This document shows positions 27,377 to 35,988 of a stretch of DNA of 64,000 nt, piece by piece (the stretch's first letter is position 1; the number at the start of each line of letters is the position of its first letter). The notes below the pieces were generated by a model. The model did not search any database. It saw only the letters and a program-made list of their open reading frames with translations, and had not been told where the DNA came from. The position numbers were made by a program, and so were the translations under genes. This DNA is from Polyangia bacterium (lineage in GTDB: Bacteria > Myxococcota_A > Polyangia > Fen-1088): positions 26,693-90,692 of the forward strand of contig DASZRT010000151.1 of NCBI GenBank assembly GCA_035549075.1. Direction: 5' to 3'.

Positions 27377-28395
27377 ACCGACGGCGTCTTCGGATCACCG
27401 TCCCAATCGTAGGGCTTGGTGTCGGTGCCGCACTTGTTGATGGCGAGGATCCGGTCGCGCGCCATCTCGCCGCCCGCGATCGGGTTCATCGTGTCGGTCG
27501 TGTCGTGCATCATCATCGCGGCGACCGGCCCGCTGCACGCAGGGATGCCCGGCGGCAAGCCGCCCGTCGTGTTCGCCTGCGCCCGCAGCGTCACGCTGCC
27601 GCGCGCGCAGCCGATCAAGTTCGACAGCCACGAGCCGCTGCTGTGGCCGATCAAAAAGACGCGCGCCTCGTCGACGCACGTGAGGCCCTCGACGTCCTTC
27701 AGGACCTGGTCGTAGTACGGCACCTCGGGCGAATTCGGGTTCATTGTGTCGAAGCAGCCGCCGCCGTAGAGCATGCCGCTGTTCTGCGAGTCCTTGGAGC
27801 GCAACGCGACGAGGATCGCGTCGCCCTTCGTCGCCTGCTCCATCGGGTACGGAATGCTGCCGTCGCAGCCGTGCGCGAGGAACACGAGCGGGTACGCGCG
27901 CGTCATGTCGTAGCCCGTCGGGAGGCGGAGATCGTAGACCCGCGTCGAATTCGTGACCGTGTGGCGCACGTAGCTCGCGAACGCCTGCGCCGGCACCTTG
28001 TTGCAACCGAGGCTGGGCATGGGCGGCGGCTTCGTCATGAGGCCGCCGTCGCCAGCGCCGCCTTCGGGCGCGCCGCCGTCGGAGCCGTCGACGCCCGCGT
28101 CGGCCGTCGCGCCGCCAGCTCCGCCCGGAGCGCCGGCGACGGACGAGCCTCCGGTGCCACCGCCTTCGGTCATCTGACCGCCCGCGCTCGAGGTCGAACC
28201 GCCGCCGCCCGAACCGCCGGGGGCCGCCGTCGCGCCGCCGGCTCCGCCGATGCCGTTCTTGGGCGCTTCACTGGCGGCGCACGCCGCCAGCGAGAGGACG
28301 AGGACCGCGAACGACCAAGGAAAGCCACCAAAATGAAACGACTTCGAGGGGGGCACGCCAGGGTCTAGACGACGGAAAAGCCGCCCGGCAGGCAT
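27250..28395 (-). CDS. Secreted alpha/beta-hydrolase: PHB-depolymerase/feruloyl-esterase-family lipoprotein with a Gly-rich linker
   Basis: Lipobox LSLAAC, GGxGG linker, VFLAHGCDGS oxyanion region, and a LIGHSSGSWL GxSxG nucleophile. Confidence 0.8.
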   Translation of the reverse strand: MPAGRLFRRLDPGVPPSKSFHFGGFPWSFAVLVLSLAACAASEAPKNGIGGAGGATAAPGGSGGGGSTSSAGGQMTEGGGTGGSSVAGAPGGAGGATADAGVDGSDGGAPEGGAGDGGLMTKPPPMPSLGCNKVPAQAFASYVRHTVTNSTRVYDLRLPTGYDMTRAYPLVFLAHGCDGSIPYPMEQATKGDAILVALRSKDSQNSGMLYGGGCFDTMNPNSPEVPYYDQVLKDVEGLTCVDEARVFLIGHSSGSWLSNLIGCARGSVTLRAQANTTGGLPPGIPACSGPVAAMMMHDTTDTMNPIAGGEMARDRILAINKCGTDTKPYDWDGDPKTPSVCVEYQGCLPGFPVVWCPTTGLGHSPQVPMSTVGTWRFWSQF

Positions 28396-28662
28396 TCGTC
28401 GACGGAATCACGAGCGTCAACGACGTGACGTCGCATCACCAGCTTCCGTCAACCCGTTCGCGGAATCGCGCCGTCGCCTCGTGAAAAGACGGGCGCCACA
28501 TTTCGTCAACCGCCCTTGGAATGACGTGGTCAACGCCGTTCTCGGCGATGGCGTTCTTTCGTCGACAGGCGCTTCGGGCGTGAGCGCCCAGCCACCTCGC
28601 TAGGTAGCCGGCCCGCGGCCGACCTGCGGCGCATCTTCCCTGCATGCTACCCTTGCGGACGC

Positions 28663-29631
28663 ATGTCGCGGGCGAGCCGCACCGGTTGGAGCCGACGCGA
28701 GGCCGTGACGGCGCTCGCAGGCGCGGGCGTCGCCGTCGGTTGCGACAAGCTGTGGCACGCGCCGACGAAATCGCTCGCGGCGGCTTCGCGCGAGCGCGAG
28801 GTCGTCAACGTCGTCGACGCGCAGCCGACGATCGAGGGCGCGGGCGTTCACCTGCGGCGCTCGCTCGGGTCGCGCGCGCTGCCGCTGCTCGATCCCTTCC
28901 TCATGCTCGACGAGTTCCACTCGGATCGTCCCGAGGACTACCTGCCCGGCTTCCCGAGCCACCCGCACCGCGGCTTCGAGACGGTGACGTACATGCTCGA
29001 GGGCGCCGTCGAGCACCGCGACAGCCTCGGCAACCACGGCCACCTGGGCCCGGGTTGCGCGCAGTGGATGACCGCCGGCCACGGCATCATCCACTCGGAG
29101 ATGCCGGTCGAAGAGCGCACGAGCCCGCGCATGTGGGGCTTCCAGCTGTGGGTCAACCTGCCGGCGGCGAAGAAGCTGATCGCGCCGCGCTATCAGGATC
29201 TGCCGCCCGCGCGCATCCCCGAGGTCGACGTCGACGACGGCCGCATCCGGCTCGTCGCGGGAACCATCGGCGGCGCGGTTGGGCCCGTCAGCGGCATCGT
29301 CACGGCGCCGCAGATGTTCGAGGTGAAGCTCGGGCGGCGCGGCTCCGTGCGCCACGACGTGCCCACGTCGCACAACGCGTTCGTCTACGTCTTCGACGGC
29401 GAGGCGCAGCTGGGACCGGCGCGCACGAAGGTCGGCGCGGGCCAGCTCGCCGTGCTCGGCCCGGGCGAGCGCCTCGTCGCGCGCGCCGAGACGTCGGCGC
29501 GTTTGCTCTCGTTCGCGGGCGCGCCCATCGGCGAGCCCGTCGCGCGCTACGGTCCGTTCGTCATGAACACCGAGGACGAGCTGCGCCAGGCCGTCGACGA
29601 CTACCGCTCGGGCCGCCTGACCTTGCTCTGA
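28663..29631 (+). CDS. Pirin-family bicupin (quercetinase-like) with a Tat-type signal
   Basis: SRREAVTALAGAGVAVGC Tat/lipobox-like leader. Pirin metal-ligand motif HPHRGFETVTYMLEG...H. Confidence 0.85.
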   Translation: MSRASRTGWSRREAVTALAGAGVAVGCDKLWHAPTKSLAAASREREVVNVVDAQPTIEGAGVHLRRSLGSRALPLLDPFLMLDEFHSDRPEDYLPGFPSHPHRGFETVTYMLEGAVEHRDSLGNHGHLGPGCAQWMTAGHGIIHSEMPVEERTSPRMWGFQLWVNLPAAKKLIAPRYQDLPPARIPEVDVDDGRIRLVAGTIGGAVGPVSGIVTAPQMFEVKLGRRGSVRHDVPTSHNAFVYVFDGEAQLGPARTKVGAGQLAVLGPGERLVARAETSARLLSFAGAPIGEPVARYGPFVMNTEDELRQAVDDYRSGRLTLL

Positions 29632-29649
29632 TCGCGCGCGCGATCAGAG
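29626..29649. promoter_or_regulatory. Perfect 24-bp palindrome CTCTGATCGCGCG|CGCGATCAGAG overlapping the pirin stop codon; terminator or EBP/operator site
   Basis: Exactly self-complementary 24-mer, 77 nt upstream of the sigma-54 activator gene. Confidence 0.4.
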
Positions 29650-29725
29650 CAAGGGTCCGTCGCCCATCCGCGGGAGAGTCCGTCGTCCGTTGCCGCGTAC
29701 GCCCGCGATCGACTAACGTCGATGC

Positions 29726-31138
29726 GTGCCGCGCGTCTCGTGGTCGGGGCCGTCGCCTGGAACCAAGCTGCGGGCCGCGCTCGCGGCCGAGGGGCTCGAG
29801 ATCGGCGCCGAACCGGACGCGATCCTGATCGTCGCGACGCGTCCGCGCGCGGCTGCGCCCAACCCTCCCCCTCGCGCGCCCTGGCTGTGGCTCGCGCGCG
29901 GCGCCGTCTCGCCCGAAGACGCGGCCCTCGCGATCGATCGCGGCGCCTACGACGTCGTCGACGGCGACGCGCCCGATGCGGCGGCGCGCCTCGCGGCACG
30001 CGCCCGCGAGCTCGCTTCGCCCGAGGCGCCCATGCCCGACATGTCGCGCTTCGTCGCCGAGAGCGAGGCCGCGCGCGCCGTGCTCCGCCAGCTCGCGCGC
30101 GCGGCCCGCACGTCGATGCCCGTGCTGCTCACGGGCGAGACCGGCACGGGCAAGGAGGTCGCCGCGCGCCTCGTCCACGAGTGGTCCGATCGGCGCGCGC
30201 GCCGCTTCATCCCCATCAACTGCGCCGCGATCCCCAACGAGCTGCTCGAGGCCGAGCTGTTCGGCTACGCCAAGGGCGCGTTCACGGGCTCTGTGCGCGC
30301 CTACGAAGGCCAGCTCGCCGCCGCCGAGGGCGGCACCGTCTTCCTCGACGAGGTCGACGACACGCCGCTGCCGTTCCAAGTGAAGCTGCTGCGTGTCCTC
30401 GAGGACCGCGTCGTCACGCGCGTCGGTGAGAACACGTCGCAGGTCGTCGACTTCCGCATCCTGGCGGCGACGAACCGCGACCTCGGGCCGCTGTGCGCCG
30501 CGGGTGCGTTCGGGTCCGATCTCTACGAGCGGCTCGCGATCGTCTCGGTGCGCCTGCCGCCGCTGCGCGAGCGCCTCGCCGATCTGCCCGCGCTCGCCCT
30601 CCACATGATCGCCCGCTTCTACAAAGAAGAGCCCGCGGCGAAGGCGCGCCACGACGTCGGCGCCGTGTCCGACGCCGCGCTCGCGGCGCTGCGCGCGTAC
30701 CCCTGGCCCGGCAACATCCGCGAGCTGCGCAACGTGATCTTCGAGGCGCTCGTCGACAAGCGCGCGGGCGACGAGCTCTTGCTCGGCGATCTCCCGCGCC
30801 GCGTGCGACGACCGCCCGCGTCCCGCGCCGAACGGGACGCCGACGTCGTCGACGCGGCCGCGATCCGCCGCGCCGTCGACGAGAACCGCTTCGATCTCGG
30901 ACGCGCGCGCGAAGCGCTCGAGCGCGCCGCCGTCGAGGCCGCGCTCGCGCGCGCCGGAAACGCCGCGGCGGCGGCCGGCCTGCTCGGCCGCGTGGGCCGG
31001 GGCGCCGCCGCCGATCCCGGCGGCACCGTGCGCGCGATGATGCGGCGGCTCGGCGTCGCGCCCGAAGATCGCGCGCCGGCCGCCACACCACCGACTAGCT
31101 CTTCGCGTTCGAAGACGAAGCGCCGCCGTTCCCGTTAG
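29726..31138 (+). CDS. Sigma-54-dependent transcriptional activator (AAA+ EBP with GAFTGS and a Fis-type HTH) carrying a non-receiver N-terminal domain
   Basis: Walker A GETGTGKE, GYAKGAFTGS, Walker B VFLDEVDD, R-finger region, C-terminal HTH (AAAAAGLLG). The N-terminal ~130 aa lack the receiver Asp motifs. Confidence 0.85.
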   Translation: MPRVSWSGPSPGTKLRAALAAEGLEIGAEPDAILIVATRPRAAAPNPPPRAPWLWLARGAVSPEDAALAIDRGAYDVVDGDAPDAAARLAARARELASPEAPMPDMSRFVAESEAARAVLRQLARAARTSMPVLLTGETGTGKEVAARLVHEWSDRRARRFIPINCAAIPNELLEAELFGYAKGAFTGSVRAYEGQLAAAEGGTVFLDEVDDTPLPFQVKLLRVLEDRVVTRVGENTSQVVDFRILAATNRDLGPLCAAGAFGSDLYERLAIVSVRLPPLRERLADLPALALHMIARFYKEEPAAKARHDVGAVSDAALAALRAYPWPGNIRELRNVIFEALVDKRAGDELLLGDLPRRVRRPPASRAERDADVVDAAAIRRAVDENRFDLGRAREALERAAVEAALARAGNAAAAAGLLGRVGRGAAADPGGTVRAMMRRLGVAPEDRAPAATPPTSSSRSKTKRRRSR

Positions 31139-32906
31139 CGCCCGCGAGCATGCGCGCCATCAGGGCCTCGGCCAGCCCCGCGCCGCCGCCCGCGCCCGAG
31201 ACGGCGACGTCGGGCACGACCTTGATGTTGCGCTCGCCGACGATGGTCGCGATCTGCATCGCCGTGTAGGCCTCGGGGCCGAGCGCGTCCTTGCCGTCTC
31301 GGTAGGCCTGCGCGCGCGCCGCGCCCAGCGCGCGCGTCGCATCGGCCTGCGCCTCGGCCTCGAGCCGCGTCGCCGCCGCGTTGCCCTTGGCTGCCTCGGC
31401 CGCCGCCTGCGCGTTCTGCGTCGCGATGCGCACCATCTGCTCGCTGCGCACGACCTCGGCCTGCAGCTCGGCGACGGCGCGCTCGCGCTCGAGCTCCTGC
31501 CGCTTCTCTTGCGACTCGCGCTGCACGTCGTACGTCCTCTTGAGCTCGTCGGCGATCTTGCGGTCGGTCTGCGTCTTCATGAGCTCGGGCGGCGGCACGA
31601 TGTCGCCGATGAGCGTGTCGATGCACTCGACGTCGTAGGCCTCGACGGCGCGCCCGATCGCGGCCTTGGCCTCGTGCTGGCGCTGGCTGCGCGCCGACAG
31701 GAAGTCGAGCACGGTCACCTCCTGCGCGCTGTTGCGGAAGTAGTTGCCCACCGTCGGCTGCAAGACGTGATCGACGAGGTTCTGCATCGAGCCGACGCGC
31801 GAGATCACGCGCGGCGCGTTCTTGGCGGCGACGTGGATGATCTGCGCGACGTCGAGCGAGAACGAGAAGCCGTCCTTCGACCGCACGAGGATCGACGACA
31901 AGCGCTCGTCGTATTGATGCGCCTCCGTGCGCTCGGCCCAGTTGAGGACGATGTTGGTCGTCGGCACGAGCTCGACCTTCATGACCTCGGTGTTGAGCGG
32001 GTGCTTGCCGGGCAGCAGCGGCTCGACCCACACGCCCTTGCGGCCCTTCTCGACGAGATCGCCGTGCGTGAAATCGGCGCCCGAGACGTCGACGTGCTCG
32101 CGACCGACGTAGCTGACGACGACGCCGACGTAGCCAATGGGGATCTCGATCATGCGCACGAGCTTCACCTCGACGAACCACGGGTTGAGGTTCCACGAGC
32201 CCGCGAGCAGCACGTCCTCCTGCAGGCCGCGGCACCCGCCCGCGTCGATGAACTTCTGGCCACGCTGGAAGCTGTCGTGGTCGGCGACGGGCGGGCCCGC
32301 GAGATCGCCCGTGGGCAGCGGGCGGCCGTCGAGGACGGTCACGATGCCGACGGCCTCGGCCGGCACCTGGCGCACGCGCAGCGACGTCGCGTCGACGCCA
32401 TGGCGCTGCGCCGAGCGCGTCGTGATGACCTCGAACAGCGCGGGGTTGATGCGGTAGCTGCCGGCCGTGAGGAAGCCGAGCTGGCGGCCGCGCTCGCCGC
32501 CGCGGCGCAGGAAGGCCTCGGCGTCCTGGTAGTCGTTGCACGCGACCTCTTTGCCGAGGATGCGCTCGGCGGGGATGGGCGCGCCGTCAGCGGCGACGAC
32601 GAGGGCGATCTCGCCCGCGGGCACGACGAGCAGCGGCACCTTGACGACGGTGTACTGCCACCGAAACGGGATGAAGTGCCACCCGGGCGCGAGCAGCCGC
32701 GCTTGGTAGCCGGCCTCGCCCGCGAGCGCGACGAGCCGCCCCGACGCGAGCGGCGGCCCGTACTTTTTTACGACGAGGCCCGATTGGTCCTCGCGGATGA
32801 TCCAGGTGCTGCTGAGGATCACGGCGGCGGCGAACATGAGGGCCGCGAAGACGGCGTAGAACCGCCCATCCGAGAGCAGGGACGAGAACAGCGTGGTCAG
32901 TGTCAT
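31095..32906 (-). CDS. SPFH/band-7 flotillin-like protein (YqiK-like) with a long C-terminal coiled coil
   Basis: An internal ATG at 32906 with an AGGAGG RBS gives MTLTTLFSSLL + TM segment. SPFH domain followed by EKRQELERERAVAELQAEVV coiled coil. Its 3' end overlaps the convergent EBP gene by 44 bp. Confidence 0.8.
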   Translation of the reverse strand: MTLTTLFSSLLSDGRFYAVFAALMFAAAVILSSTWIIREDQSGLVVKKYGPPLASGRLVALAGEAGYQARLLAPGWHFIPFRWQYTVVKVPLLVVPAGEIALVVAADGAPIPAERILGKEVACNDYQDAEAFLRRGGERGRQLGFLTAGSYRINPALFEVITTRSAQRHGVDATSLRVRQVPAEAVGIVTVLDGRPLPTGDLAGPPVADHDSFQRGQKFIDAGGCRGLQEDVLLAGSWNLNPWFVEVKLVRMIEIPIGYVGVVVSYVGREHVDVSGADFTHGDLVEKGRKGVWVEPLLPGKHPLNTEVMKVELVPTTNIVLNWAERTEAHQYDERLSSILVRSKDGFSFSLDVAQIIHVAAKNAPRVISRVGSMQNLVDHVLQPTVGNYFRNSAQEVTVLDFLSARSQRQHEAKAAIGRAVEAYDVECIDTLIGDIVPPPELMKTQTDRKIADELKRTYDVQRESQEKRQELERERAVAELQAEVVRSEQMVRIATQNAQAAAEAAKGNAAATRLEAEAQADATRALGAARAQAYRDGKDALGPEAYTAMQIATIVGERNIKVVPDVAVSGAGGGAGLAEALMARMLAGANGNGGASSSNAKS

Positions 32907-33133
32907 GAGGTGACCCCTCCTTGTTGGGTCGCCCCGAGGAGTTGCATCGGCCACACCACCGCGAAGGCCGCGAAAGCCGTGGCTTCCGGCCCGCGTCACG
33001 ACGAACGGACATCATTTTAATGACGCTCACGTCATTTAATTACGCTTCCTGTGTGCGCCGGCGAGGGACGATTGCCAGACGCGGCGCGCGGGCGTTACGC
33101 TCCGGTCTCCGCGGCTTTCCGCGGTGGCGAACG

Positions 33134-34906
33134 ATGACCATGTCGATCTCGTCTGCGGAGCCCGTCTTCACGCGCCGAAGGCGCGCGCGCGTCATGGGAC
33201 GCGTCAACGCGTGGCTCATGCGCTTCCTGCCGGCGCGGCCGCCGCAGGGCGAGGCGCTGCGCCGCGCGCTCGTCACGGCCGCCGTCGCGTGCCTCTTCGC
33301 GATCGTCGCGCCCGTGTACGCGGGGCTGTCGTTCCTGTTCGAAAAGCCGCCCCTCATCTATTACGGACTCGCGATCGAGACGGCCGTCGCGTGCACGGCG
33401 GCGCTGCTGCTCCTCAAGCGCGGCCGCTTCCGGGGGTCGGCGTGGGTGCTCATGCTCGCGGGCACGTCGGCGGTCGTCACGACGGCCGTGCGCGAGGGCG
33501 CGTCGAGCCAAGCCGCCGGCAACCTGGTCCTGCCCGTCGTCATGGCCGTGCTCATCCTCGGCTGGCGCGGCGCGCTCACGATCGGCGTGCCGGGCGTGCT
33601 GCTCATCGGGACGATGGGCGTGCTCGAGCGCGCGGGCCTGTTTCACCCGGCGGCCGAGACGCACGGGCTCGGCGTGTTCGCGATCGTGCAGGTCAGCGCG
33701 GTCATGGTCATGCTGCTCGTGTTCGACGGCGTGCGGCTCGCGCTCGTCGAGGCGCAGCGCGAGCTCGAGGCGCAGCTCGCGCGCGCGCACCGGCTAGAAG
33801 CCGTGGGCCGCGTCGCGGGTGGCGTCGCGCACGACTTCAACAACCTGCTCACGGTGATCCTCGCCAACGCGAGCCTGCTGGCCGAGACGACCCATGATGA
33901 CCCGAGCGTCGCCGACATCCGCGCCGCGGCCCAACGCGGCTCGCAGCTCACGAAGCAGCTGCTCGCCTTCTCGCGCCAGCAGAAGCTCGAGCCGCGCACC
34001 TTCGATCTCGCGGCGCAGGTGAGCGAAGAGCGCGTGCTGCTCGGGCGCCTCATCCCCGAGTCGATCAAGATCGAGGTCGAGCGCCCCCCACACCCCGTGT
34101 GGGTCCACGCCGATCCCGGGCAGATCTCGCAGGTCGTGCTCAACCTCGTCGTCAACGCGCGCGACGCCATGCCGGGCGGCGGGCGGCTGCACATCACCGT
34201 CGCGCGCGCCGACGAAGAGCGCGTGCGCCTCGAGGTGCGCGACACGGGCGTCGGCATGGATCCGCACACGCTCGAGCGCGCGTTCGAGCCGTTCTTCACG
34301 ACCAAGGGCGCCGTGGGCACGGGCCTCGGGCTCGCGACGGTGCATGGCATCGTCACGCAGAGCGGCGGCCAGATCCGCGTGCGCAGCGGCGTGGGCGGCA
34401 CGACGTTCGAGGTGACGTTGCCCGCGGGCGACGGCGCCGACGAGCCGACGCGCCAGAGCAGCGGCGAGCTGCCCATGCTCCGCCGCAAGATGATCCTGCT
34501 CGTCGAGGACGACCCAGGCGTGCGCGCGGCGACGGCCAGGCTGCTCAAGGCGCTGGGCCACGACGTCACGGCCTGCGGCGACGTCGCGACGGCGCTCGCG
34601 GCGTGGCGCAAGAGCGGCTCGCGCATCGACCTCATCTTGAGCGACGTCGTCATGCCGAACGGCGGCGGCCCCGAGCTCGTGCGCGCGTTGCCGGCGGGCA
34701 GCGGCGCGCGCGTGCTCTTCATGTCGGGCTACACCAACGACGCGCTCGAGGCGCCCGATCTCGCGCGCATCCCGTTCCTCTCGAAGCCTTTCACGCGCCA
34801 CGAGCTGGCGCGCAAGCTCGAGGAGGTGCTGACCGCGCCCGACCTCGACGACACCTCGGCGCTGCGCCGCGCGCGCGCCGCCAGCGATCCCGTCGAGCGG
34901 TCCTGA
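33134..34906 (+). CDS. Hybrid sensor histidine kinase/response regulator with a 5-6 TM membrane-embedded sensor
   Basis: Hydrophobic N-terminus, HisKA (VAHDFNNLLTVI), HATPase_c (NLVVNARDAM...DTGVGM...GTGLGL), C-terminal receiver (ILLVEDD...DLILSDVVMP). Confidence 0.9.
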   Translation: MTMSISSAEPVFTRRRRARVMGRVNAWLMRFLPARPPQGEALRRALVTAAVACLFAIVAPVYAGLSFLFEKPPLIYYGLAIETAVACTAALLLLKRGRFRGSAWVLMLAGTSAVVTTAVREGASSQAAGNLVLPVVMAVLILGWRGALTIGVPGVLLIGTMGVLERAGLFHPAAETHGLGVFAIVQVSAVMVMLLVFDGVRLALVEAQRELEAQLARAHRLEAVGRVAGGVAHDFNNLLTVILANASLLAETTHDDPSVADIRAAAQRGSQLTKQLLAFSRQQKLEPRTFDLAAQVSEERVLLGRLIPESIKIEVERPPHPVWVHADPGQISQVVLNLVVNARDAMPGGGRLHITVARADEERVRLEVRDTGVGMDPHTLERAFEPFFTTKGAVGTGLGLATVHGIVTQSGGQIRVRSGVGGTTFEVTLPAGDGADEPTRQSSGELPMLRRKMILLVEDDPGVRAATARLLKALGHDVTACGDVATALAAWRKSGSRIDLILSDVVMPNGGGPELVRALPAGSGARVLFMSGYTNDALEAPDLARIPFLSKPFTRHELARKLEEVLTAPDLDDTSALRRARAASDPVERS

Positions 34907-35977
34907 CTACTTCCTGAGCTGGAAGTGATCGGCGTAGACGACGCCGTGCCACTCGGCCGCGCCCGTGCCCGACATCGTGAGGCGGAAGCCCATCGACGTG
35001 ATGTTCGTGAGGTCGCCCGTGTTGAAGGCCGACTCGATGGGGAAGGGACGGAACTCGAGCCATTTGCCGACGGTGATCGGCTTGGTCTGGCTGGCGTTGG
35101 CGAGCAGCAGGCCCTTGTCCTTCGAGACGAGCTCCATCTGCGCCGTCACCACCGCGCCCGCGGGCAGCGCCGGGCCGTCGAGGTAGAGCCAGCCGAGGCT
35201 CGCGCGTCCGACGGCGTTGGTGATGGGCAGGCCCGTGCCCGTCGCCGGGAAGGCGAACTGCGCCTCGCCGCGCATCCCGGCGTCGCTGCCGGGCACGAAG
35301 TCGACGCCCACGGTGAGGTTCGCCTTGTAGCAGTACGGGTGGCACATCTGGACGGCATATCCGGAGAACGCCGTGCCGTAGTTCGTAATCGTCACGGGCG
35401 TCGTCGACGGGTCGTAGCCGGGCGTGAGCTTCTTGACGTTCGTGGCGTAGTTCGACGCGTCGTAGTTGGCGGCGACGTCGAAGTCGATGCCCTGATCTTG
35501 AACGTCGCACTCGCTGAAGTTCGTGTTGATGCGGTTGACGGCGCCCGCGACGTCGTTGGAGATGCACGCGGGCGGCTTGCCCGCGCCGATCGAGCCACCG
35601 CCGCCCGTCGAGCCACCCGTTGCGGTCGTGCCGCCGGCGCCGCCCGTCGCCGTCGAGCCACCGCCGCCCGTCGAGCCACCCGTCGCGGTCGTGCCGCCTG
35701 TGCCGCCGGTCGCGGGCGTGCCACCGGTCCCGCCCGTCGCCGATGAGCCACCGGTGCCGGTCGTACCGCCCGTCGCGGGCGAGCCGCCATCGCCACCGTT
35801 GCTCGAAGGCGGTGGGTTGCCCGTCGAGCCACCCGTGTCGCTCGTGCCGGCAGTGCCTCCGCTGCCTGTGCTGCCGCCCGTCGCGCCGTGGCGCGGCGGC
35901 TCGGAGCTGGTGCACGCACCGATGGCGATGGCCGCGCACGCGGTGAAGACGAACGAACGAGTCTGGGGGCGCGTCAT
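34907..35977 (-). CDS. Lipoprotein with a Gly/Thr/Ser linker and an unassigned ~230-aa Cys-containing C-terminal domain (paralog A)
   Basis: ATG 35977 with an AGGAGAG RBS. Lipobox AIAIGAC. The C-terminal domain is shared with the next gene (ITNYGTAFSGY..CHPYCYKANLTVGVD..EWHGVVYADHFQLR). Confidence 0.8.
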   Translation of the reverse strand: MTRPQTRSFVFTACAAIAIGACTSSEPPRHGATGGSTGSGGTAGTSDTGGSTGNPPPSSNGGDGGSPATGGTTGTGGSSATGGTGGTPATGGTGGTTATGGSTGGGGSTATGGAGGTTATGGSTGGGGSIGAGKPPACISNDVAGAVNRINTNFSECDVQDQGIDFDVAANYDASNYATNVKKLTPGYDPSTTPVTITNYGTAFSGYAVQMCHPYCYKANLTVGVDFVPGSDAGMRGEAQFAFPATGTGLPITNAVGRASLGWLYLDGPALPAGAVVTAQMELVSKDKGLLLANASQTKPITVGKWLEFRPFPIESAFNTGDLTNITSMGFRLTMSGTGAAEWHGVVYADHFQLRK

Positions 35978-35988
35978 CGAAAGCTCTC

